Assembly: GCA_051599415.1 (NCBI GenBank)
Contig: AP039703.1
Location: forward strand, 1-64,000
Source of the DNA: Savitreella phatthalungensis
Lineage: Eukaryota
DNA: 64,000 nucleotides
Direction: 5' to 3'
Position 1 is the stretch's first letter. Each line of letters opens with the position of its first letter. Shown one piece after another: positions 1-8,234 of the stretch. The translations under genes were made by a program, and so were the position numbers. Under the pieces are notes generated by a model, which made no database searches, had not been told where the DNA came from, and saw only the letters and a list, made by a program, of their open reading frames with translations.

Positions 1-74
1 TGTATGTAGTCTACTCGTTCAGTTACGTATTGCTAAGGTTAAGACTACTTTCTGCCTTTGCGAGAACAGCACCT
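1..74 (+). other. Sequencing artefact: Oxford Nanopore ligation adapter end plus native barcode with flanks
   Basis: TCGTTCAGTTACGTATTGCT (ends at 34) matches the ONT adapter 3' end. It is followed by AAGGTTAA (35-42), GACTACTTTCTGCCTTTGCGAGAA (43-66, recalled as NB06/BC06) and CAGCACCT (67-74), the native-barcode flank structure. Confidence 0.93.
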
Positions 75-180
75 AACCCTAACCCTAACCCTAACCCTAA
101 CCCTAACCCTAACCCTAACCCTAACCCTAACCCTAACCCTAACCCTAACCCTAACCCTAACCCTAACCCTAACCCTAACC
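75..180 (+). repeat. Telomere, (CCCTAA)n, about 17.5 units
   Basis: Perfect AACCCT tandem array at the contig end, in the C-rich orientation expected for a left chromosome end. Confidence 0.98.
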
Positions 181-204
181 GTCAAACTAACCAATGCCCC
201 AACC

Positions 205-273
205 CTTGCTCTGCTTTGCTTTGCTCGCTTGCTTGCTTGCTTGCTCGCTTGCTTGCTTGCTTGCTCGCTTGCT
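205..273. repeat. (TTGC)n microsatellite, telomere-adjacent
   Basis: Runs of ttgc with occasional tcgc variants. Confidence 0.9.
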
Positions 274-539
274 AACCTTGTTTCTTTGCTCACCCCTGCT
301 GCCTTGCTACATGACACTTGTCCGCACCCATACGCCCCTGCTGGTCTTCAACATCATCATCATCATCTTGCTGTCTCCTTGCTGCTCCTCTCTGCTGCTC
401 CTCTCTCCGCTGTACTCCTGATCTCAATCCCTCATCTATCTGATACTCTTCCTCCAGTTTACCTGAAACATCTCATGCCATTTGCCCCCCAACATTCCTA
501 CTGCTAACCGCTTTTCCCTTATTTCATCTCCAACTGCAC

Positions 540-772
540 TGTCACCTGCCACACGCTGGTACCTGCATGTCACCTGCCACACGCTGTTGCCTGCATGTCA
601 CCTGTCACATGCTGTTACTTGCATGTCGCTTGTCAAATGCTGTTACCTGCACTGCCACCCGTCAAACATCTTTATCTTTACCTGCAACACATCTGTCAAC
701 CGCCTTTACCTGCAACACATCTGTCAAATGCCATTACCTGCACCATCATCTGGCAAATGCTGTTGCCTGCAC
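540..772. repeat. Degenerate ~28-bp minisatellite (TGTCACCTGCCACACGCTGTTACCTGCA), about 8 copies
   Basis: Copies at 540, 568, 596 and 624, with more diverged copies to ~770. Variants are mostly C/T and G/A transitions. Confidence 0.8.
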
Positions 773-1361
773 CGTGACCTGACCCACCGCCCCGCTCTGT
801 GGCCTGGCATTTGTCAAAATCTTGATCTGCCAATTGCTGTTCACCTGTCATCTCTTGTTTTCTGTTTCTGTCACTCACTGTTGCCTGCACTGTACCCTGT
901 TTCATTACTGCACTGCCATTGGCTGAATGATGTCATCTGTTCAAACCGCACTGTCACTTGATATTTCATTCCTGCACTGTCACTTGTCACTGTCATTTGA
1001 TCACCTGGCCCCTGCCACTGACTCTGTCTCTGCTTGTTGTGAACATCATCTACTTGGCCCTGGTCTCATGCTGGCGCCTGTTGTGCAACATCAATTGACT
1101 GTGATTGACTCTATTGTCACATGGCATGCACTGTTTCCTCCACTGTTGCTTGTCCAATCCATTGCTTGCGCTGTGCTGTGCCCTATCTGCCACAAATGAC
1201 TCTAATTCACTCTCACTTGCTCCTCATGACTGTCTTGTGCACCATCGCATGTACTTGCCACTGTCATGCACTGTAATCTGTCCACTATGTTGTGTCTGTG
1301 CCTGTCTGTGCTCCTTGTATGCCTCATTCTACTATCTAGTCTGTGTTTTATTGACTGTGAT

Positions 1362-1581
1362 GGCTGCTGCTGCTACCACACTGACTACATCTGACATTCC
1401 CTTCACTCCTTCTAATACTGCCACTACTACAGCTACTGCTGCATTCACTGCTGCTGCCGTCACTACTGCTGCGTTTACTACTGCTGCTGTTACTACTGCT
1501 GTTACTACTGCTACCACTGCTGCTGCCACTGCTGCTGCTACTACCACCACCACCACCACCACCACTGCTGCTGCTGCTGCT
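1362..1581. repeat. Low-complexity trinucleotide tract (GCT/ACT/ACC)n
   Basis: Arrays of actgctgct, actact and accacc. Confidence 0.85.
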
Positions 1582-1736
1582 GGCGGCCACCGGTGTAGCG
1601 CCTAGCTGGCGCTCGCCTGATTGCAAAACCGGTTGCGGCCCCGGGCCGAAATTTCACCAGCCACACGCTGCGCCACAGAACCGTGCGATTGTGTCGGCAA
1701 CATCCTACAACCTTCAGAAGACAGGTTCTTGACAAC

Positions 1737-2124
1737 TGCCTAGTACCACTACCTCCTAGTACTACTACCTCCTAGTACTACTACGGCCTGTTACTAGTGC
1801 CACCACCTAGTACCTCTACAACCTACTGCTAGTACGACCTAGTAGGTGCGAAAAATGATCGACTCGGCGACGACCTAGTACCACTACTGCCTAGTACTGC
1901 CACCTAGCACCACCACCTAGTACTACCACCTAGTACTACTACGACCTAGTACTAGTACCACCACCTGCTAGTACGACCTGGCACTACCAAGTACTGCCAC
2001 CTGGCACTACCTAGCACCGACTGCGACCGAGGCCAACCTGGACCTGGTCACGTGACGGCGCAAATCACGTGTGGGTGCCATTCAGGTCGACGAGCCAAAT
2101 GGCACCTGCACGTGTGGGTGCCAT
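1737..2124. repeat. Subtelomeric CCTAGTACTAC/CCTGGCACCAC repeat family, block 1
   Basis: Short CCTAG(T/C)AC(T/C)AC units plus longer modules: 1837-1878 resembles 4276-4317, and 2011-2072 resembles 3987-4048 and 4457-4518. Confidence 0.88.
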
Positions 2125-3848
2125 CCCTATGCTCCCTGAACCTCCGAATTAATTCGGTGAAAATTCGGTGAATATTTAGTGGTCTAAATTCGGTGAAAAT
2201 ACGGGGGTTTTGGCGACCGCGGTTTTTCGGAGGTACAGTACCGAATTTCCGCCGAATTTCAGATTTCGAGGTAGTATTATTTGTAAAAACTGGATTTGAC
2301 GACTTGAGTGATTTTAGCAATTTATTTGTATCTAAACGCACTGGAAAGATGATCTGAGGAAAGCCGGAGGTTGCACGTGATCGGCCAGGATCGTAGCAGG
2401 TAGACGAGATCGTTTCAGATTGACGAGGTTGTACCAGATAGAGTGCTCTTCAGGTCGTGACTGCTGTGACAGGGCAGACAGGTGCCAGTGACAACCGTGC
2501 AGCGCCGGAGAGATCCTGTACGAGGTTAATCAGCATTTTTCGGGATAGATTGGAGGGAGTTCCTACCGTTTGACATGTTTCACATAGATAGTCTGTTGCC
2601 TTGGCCTGTGGGACTGTCAGTACTGTGCAATGGCAATAGGCTGTTTTGGATAGACGCACCCTGTAATGGAAGTTGAAACCACGAGTCTGTGATAAGGTCA
2701 GTCAGTCGGAATGAATGTGATTCAGATAAACAGACCTTTGTTTCAGATTGACGGGTCAAGTGACAATTCTGCAACGGTGTCAGTGATCTGGTAGAAGGGT
2801 GTTTCAGATAGACGTACCTTTGTATTGTTTCTGGAAGTAACGAGTCTGTCACTGTGTCAGTATAGTGCAGATAAGGGCGTGTTTCAGGTAGACAGACCTT
2901 CGCATTGATCTTTGCCATGAGATTGTCAAAGAGTCAGTGTCCAGTAGAGTCACAGGAGTGTGCGTACCTGGATTGTCTTGTCTCAGATAGACGAGCGTCA
3001 GACAGATGAAGTGTTCCAGATAGATGAAGCGTGCCTGTGACAGCATCAGTAGAGTAGGATGATGAGATGTTGTGGACCACTCGTACCTTGAGTGTATGAT
3101 TTAGATGATCGCAAACACACTGTGTTGAGTCAGCAGGCAGCTAGACAACCGTCTTGTCCTTACAATGAAGTGGTTGTTTCAGGTTGATTAGACACGCGAG
3201 TCTGACAGATGATATGTAGCAGATTGACAGCACATGTGTCAATTCCTCAGTGAGGTGCTCCATACATGCAGCTGGACAGACACTCTTGTTGCGCGTGGAA
3301 GTAGCATGGTCACCACTGTCAATAAGGTTGTGAGTGAATGAGTGTCGGACTGTCTACCTGAAACACGTCGATTGTCTCACTTATATAAGCTACAGAGGAA
3401 CACTGAAAGAAACACTAATCTACTGTAGGCTGTAGGCGCCAGAAAAGCCTCCACATTATCGACTTAGCAATTACGCACTGCTCTACCTCTTGCCTCATTG
3501 AAGCAGCAAAGTTGAATTTGTCTAAGTCCGTTAGAAACTCCGGGGTAAGTCTGAGGTTGATTGCAAGGTCTGAGGTTGATTGCAAGGTCTGAGATTGATT
3601 GCTGCGTTCCAGACATCACGTGATTCTAAATACACAAAATCGGTTGGAATTCGGAGGTGACACTAAAAATCGGTGATTTCTCGGAGGTAAATTCGATCTG
3701 AAAGTCAGATTCGGTGATTTTCCGGAGGCCGCCAAATCTGCTGCGAGAAATCGGTGATTTATCTGTGACTTTTCGGAGGTCAACTTTCGCCCTTCATAGT
3801 AAATCGGCGATTTTTCTGCGATTATTCGGAGATCGGGGATTCATAGGG
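2125..3848. mobile_element. Non-autonomous DNA transposon with CCC...GGG termini, CACTA/CMC(TRC)-like
   Basis: Starts CCCTATGCTCCCTGAACCTCCGAAT and ends ATTCGGAGATCGGGGATTCATAGGG (imperfect TIR). AT is duplicated at 2123-2124 and 3849-3850. Removing the element restores GTGGGTGCCATTCAGGTCGACGAGCCAAATGGCAC, seen intact at 2071-2105. Subterminal AA(T)TCGGTGA and TTCGGAGGT repeats occur at both ends. No transposase ORF. Confidence 0.8.
3549..3602. repeat. 19-bp tandem repeat x~3 (GTCTGAGGTTGATTGCAAG) inside the element
   Basis: Copies at 3549, 3568 and 3587 (partial). Confidence 0.9.
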
Positions 3849-4520
3849 ATTCAGGTCGACGAGCCAAATGGCACCCACACGTGTTTGACCTAGTGCGACC
3901 TGGCACGGCCTATTACTAGTACCACCACCTGGCACCACTACGACCTCCTACTAGTACCACCACCTGCTAGTACGACCTGGCACTACCTAGCACCGACTGC
4001 GACCGAGGCCGACCTGGACCTGGTCACGTGACGGCACAAATCACGTGTGGGTGCCATCCAGGTCAACGAGCCAAATGGCACCCACACGTGTTTGACCTAG
4101 TGCGACCTGGCACTACTACGACCTAGTACTACTACGACCTAGCACCACCACCTAGTACTACTACCACCTACCACCACAACCTAGTACTACTACCAACTAC
4201 TACTACGACCTAGTACTACCACCTAGTACTACTACCAGCTACTACTACCAGCTACTACTCCCACCTAGGACTAGCACCTAGTAGGTGCGAAAACGGATCG
4301 ACTCGGCGACGACCTAGCACCACCACCTAGTACTACCTAGCGCGACCTGGCACGGCCTATTACTAGTACCACCACCTGCCACCACTACGACCTACTACTA
4401 GTACCACCACCTACTAGTACGACCTGGCACTGCAGAGTACTGCCACCTGGCACTACCGAGCACCGACTGCGACCTAGGCCCACCTGGACCTGGTCACGTG
4501 ACAGTACTAATCACGTGTAC
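3849..4520. repeat. Subtelomeric CCTAGTACTAC/CCTGGCACCAC repeat family, block 2
   Basis: Continues block 1 after the insertion. Includes a perfect 16-bp inverted repeat, 4042-4057 / 4075-4090. Confidence 0.88.
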
Positions 4521-4836
4521 AGCTGCCGTTCGCTGGTCATTATCTTATCTCATCTTATCTCCCATCTTATCTCATCTTATCTTCTATCTCATCTTATCTG
4601 TGCCTCTGTGTGTGCGCCACATGACATCATTTTCTCATTTTGTCCACTTTGATAGGCTATATCTTCTGATCCAGATGTCGGATGATCACAAGACTAGTCT
4701 CATCATGACGCCATTAATCAGCTCTATAAAACACATTTTCACATGTACAACCATTTTTCACATTTTCACCTCTGTCAGATTGATGCCTTTGGGTTTATAT
4801 ACTAAGCTTGCCACGTGCCAACAATGCAAGGCCCTT

Positions 4837-4955
4837 GGTCTCGTGGCACAGTGGTTTGGCCCCCACTGAGCTACTGAGTCACGAGCTTTGTGCATGGAGG
4901 GTAGATGCAGGTCTGGCAGGGTTTGAGGTCTTGGGTTCAAATCCTGCTTGGAGCA
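4837..4955 (+). pseudogene. tRNA-derived (SINE-head-like) segment, copy 1
   Basis: A 7-nt leader GGTCTCG, then A-box TGGCACAGTGG (4844-4854). Variable-loop-like AGGTC, then B-box GGTTCAAATCC (4934-4944) and a 12-nt tail geometry. The acceptor stem pairs poorly and the middle is enlarged, so this is not a functional tRNA. Confidence 0.55.
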
Positions 4956-5091
4956 ACAATTAACTGCCAATAAGCTCTAGGCAGTCAGGGAGCAAGAGCG
5001 CTCTCAGGGGCTTTCCCTCCATGCACAAGGTCAGAACATGGTTCTGATCCAGGGGGTTTTGCAAAATTTTTTCACATTCAGGTACCTTGCA

Positions 5092-5602
5092 GAGAATGCA
5101 TAGAATGCAGCGGAATGCAGGGGATGCAGGGGATGCAGGGAATGCAGGGGATGCCAAGAATGCATAGAATGCAGCGGAATGCAGGGGATGCAGGGAATGT
5201 AGGAAATGCAGAGAATGCAGTTTGGTTTTTGCAATTTGGTTTTTACAGTTTGGTTTTGCAGTTTGGTTTTACAGTTTGGTTTTGCAGTTTGGTTTTACAG
5301 TTTGGTTTCGCAGTTTGGTTTTACAGTTTGGTTCACGGCTGCAGTTTGGTTTTACAGTTTGGTTCATGGCTGCAGTTTGGTTTTGCAGTTTGGTTTTACA
5401 GTTTGGTTTTGCAGTTTGGTTTTTGCAGTTTGGTTTTGCAGTTTGGTTCTTGCAGTTTGGTTTTTACAGTTTGGTTTTTACAGTTTGGTTTTACAGTTTG
5501 GTTCGTCCCTAACTGTTGACTCTTGCAGTTTGGTTTTGCAGTTTGGTTTTTGCAGTTTGGTTTTGCAGTTTGGTTTTGCAGTTTGGTTTTACAGTTTGGT
5601 TT
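5092..5602. repeat. 9-bp (GGAATGCAG-like) and 13-bp (CAGTTTGGTTTTA/G) satellites, copy 1
   Basis: Direct reading. The 9-mer array runs ~5092-5220 and the 13-mer array ~5218-5602. Confidence 0.95.
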
Positions 5603-6018
5603 GTCCCTAACTGTTGACTTACAGTTAGGGATGCCATGCAGTGTTTCATCCCTAACTTCATGGCTATAATCTGGCGCTGCTGAAAACAGTTTGGGATTTT
5701 TGAACGGAATATATATAGATGTGCACCGCTTAATTGATCCGTCTTATTCCTATCCTATCTCCTATCTTGTTCAATCTATGCCTCTATGTGTACACAACAT
5801 GACATCATTCTCCCATTTTGACCGCTTTGATTGCCTATATCTTCTGATCCAGATGTCAGATGATCACAAAACTAGTCTCATCATGAAGCCATTGATCAAC
5901 TCTATAAAAAACATTTTTCACATGTACAACGGTCTTTCACCATTTCAACCTATCTCAGATTGGTGCCTTTGGGGATTGCATACTGCAGTTGGCCATGTGC
6001 TCACAATGCAAGGCCCTT

Positions 6019-6149
6019 GGTCTGCAGCACAGTGGTTTGGCCTCCACTGAGCTACTGAGTCACAAGCTTTGTGCATGGAGGGTAAATGAAGGTCTGGCAG
6101 AATTTGAACTTTGGGTTTGAGGTCTCGAGTTCAAATCCTGCTTGGAGCA
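6019..6149 (+). pseudogene. tRNA-derived segment, copy 2
   Basis: GGTCTGCAGCACAGTGG ... GAGGTCTCGAGTTCAAATCCTGCTTGGAGCA. Confidence 0.5.
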
Positions 6150-6314
6150 ACAATTAACTGCCAATAAGCTCTAGGCAGTCAGGGAGCAAGAGCGCTCTCA
6201 GGGGCCTTCCCTCCATGCACAAGGTCAGAACATTTCTCTGAGTGTTCTGATACTGGGGATTTTGCCGAATTTTTCACATTCAGGCACAGACAGATGCAGA
6301 GAAGGCAGTCATAT

Positions 6315-6728
6315 GCATAGAATGCAGTGGAATGCAGCGGAATGCAGGGGATGCAGAGAATGCAGAGAATGCAGTTTGGTTTTTGCAATTTGGTTTTTAC
6401 AGTTTGGTTTTACAGTTTGGTTTCGCAGTTTGGTTTTACAGTTTGGTTTCTGCAGTTTGGTTTTTGCAGTGTGGTTCTTGCAGTCCTGGATGCAGTTTGG
6501 TTTTACAGTTTGGTTTCGCAGTTTGGTTTTGCAGTTTGGTTTTACAGTTTGGTTTCGCAGTTTGGTTCTTGCAGTTTGGTTTTACAGTTTGGTTTTTGCA
6601 GTTTGGTTCTTGCAGTCCTGGATGCAGTTTGGTTTTACAGTTTGGTTTTGCAGTTTGGTTCTTGCAGTTTGGTTTTTACAGTTTGGTTTTTACAGTTTGG
6701 TTTTACAGTTTGGTTTTACAGTTTGGTT
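6315..6728. repeat. 9-bp and 13-bp satellites, copy 2
   Basis: Direct reading. Copy number differs from copy 1. Confidence 0.95.
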
Positions 6729-8234
6729 CGTCCCTAACTGTTGGCTTACAGTTAGGGATGCCATGCAGTGTTTCGACCCTAACTTTATGGCCATAATCTG
6801 GCTCCGCTGAAAACAAATTTGGGATGTTTGGACAGAATAGATATAGGCCATGTGACACAACCTCATCTTTATCAGTAGCGTCCTTGTTGCAAGCTCCATT
6901 ATAATTTTGACAAAGATTGGAATTGGGAACAGTAATGTCTTTGCATTGCCATTTCCAAATTTATCACCAATGCTGCGCTAAATGCATCCTGAATCCAAAC
7001 AAGTGACCGCAGTTCAACCTCATCCCCTGTTTGTTGACCCTGTGCTTAATTTGGCCTCACTTGAAGACAGTCAAGTTCAACATCAAATTACTGTACTGGT
7101 TCACTACTTAGAACAGTTTTTGTGCCAGTGCATCCTTGAGCTTTTGCAAAAACGTTAGGACAGCTGTACTCTTCAGCATTAAAGAGCAATCTATCCTTGA
7201 GATTATCTGTGCATTCTTAAGGACAGTCCTGAGAAAGCGGCAGCTTTTGTTATCTTTTGTCACTCTTTGCATAGCTTTACTCTCTCACTACTCAGGATGC
7301 CCCTCCCTCAGCCCTGCACTTTGATTGATGAGGGTGACAGTCATTTGATAGCGGCTGACAGGGTTCAAGGACACATTTATGTGGAACATATTCTTGCACT
7401 AAGCATATCCCTGAGATTGCTGCATCCTTTCTTGTTTTTCAATGTTTGACAGCCTTCAACACAGCCTCAATATTCACACTCTTTGATGACTTCGACTGAA
7501 GGGTGCGGCCAGTTTGCATTTTTTTGCCTCCCCTTTTTAGGAGGAAAGCCTCCTCAGAATTATTGAATTTTTAAATTTCTCTTGCCCGACTCAGCCATCA
7601 ACCTGACCGGAGCTCTTCCTTTCACCTGTCATGATTGGGTCAAACACAAGCGCCAACGATGCTTACATCTCGTGATCTGGAGGAGGTTCCAGACTGGAGG
7701 CTCAGAGTTCATCCAGCCTGGATTCAGAAGAATCGCCTTCAGATATGGCCCTGAATTTGTCTGTTATGGCTTCAATCTGCAACTGGTCGCCATTCAATCC
7801 AGATCTAGATGAATGACAAAGCTCCAGTGCGTCCATGATCATGGCGAAAGTTGTTACGATCGCTCCAGGTGATGTCAAAGCTCTGCTGACATGGGATCAA
7901 ACTTGATAGCGACAATAATTTCACCGGGCGGAGCCTCTGGCGGCGATTCACGCGCGCCACGGTCGGGCGCGTTCGAATTGCCGGCCCCACAAGAATCGCC
8001 AAGAACAGTCCGCGCAACAACTTACCGGATTGGGTACTGATTCGCTCTTTCCATTCCTCGCAATTCGCTGGCAGGGAATCCTCGATGCTTTTTCAAGTTA
8101 CGTGGAATACCTTCGCAGTGCGAGCTTGCGCTGTAGAAGGTAAATTACGCACAGGCAAGCGCTCAGGACCAGGACTGCCGTCTCTACGCGAAGCCCAATT
8201 CTCTCGCGTGAGACGTCGCTGAACACGCACCACC

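Larger units (their letters stand above)
4538..5718. repeat. Composite ~1.15-kb subtelomeric unit, copy 1
   Basis: (ATCTT)-like microsatellite, then a core (4611-4752 resembles 5788-5932), tRNA-like segment, (GGAATGCAG)n, (CAGTTTGGTTTT[A/G])n and terminal hairpin. Colinear with copy 2. Confidence 0.92.
5745..6846. repeat. Composite subtelomeric unit, copy 2
   Basis: Same order of modules as copy 1. Its 3' end (6757-6846) resembles 5630-5718. Confidence 0.92.

Noticed and set aside
30..1735. ORFs with PN, LT, VR, poly-A/T or poly-S repeats
   Set aside because: They are translations of telomere, microsatellite and low-complexity DNA.
4837..4955. Functional intron-containing tRNA
   Set aside because: Acceptor and T stems are mismatched, there is no clear anticodon arm and no poly-T terminator. 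Kept only as tRNA-derived.
5218..6728. CRISPR-like array
   Set aside because: Contiguous tandem units with no unique spacers, in a eukaryotic context.
5031..6899. Overlapping LQFGF/SLVL ORFs
   Set aside because: Artefacts of a stop-free 13-bp satellite read in all frames.
6850..7560. Degraded gene or Helitron end (AGGAGG-AAAG-CCTCCT hairpin at ~7539-7554)
   Set aside because: The frame I translated has many stops and no recognisable motif, and no CTRR terminus follows the hairpin.
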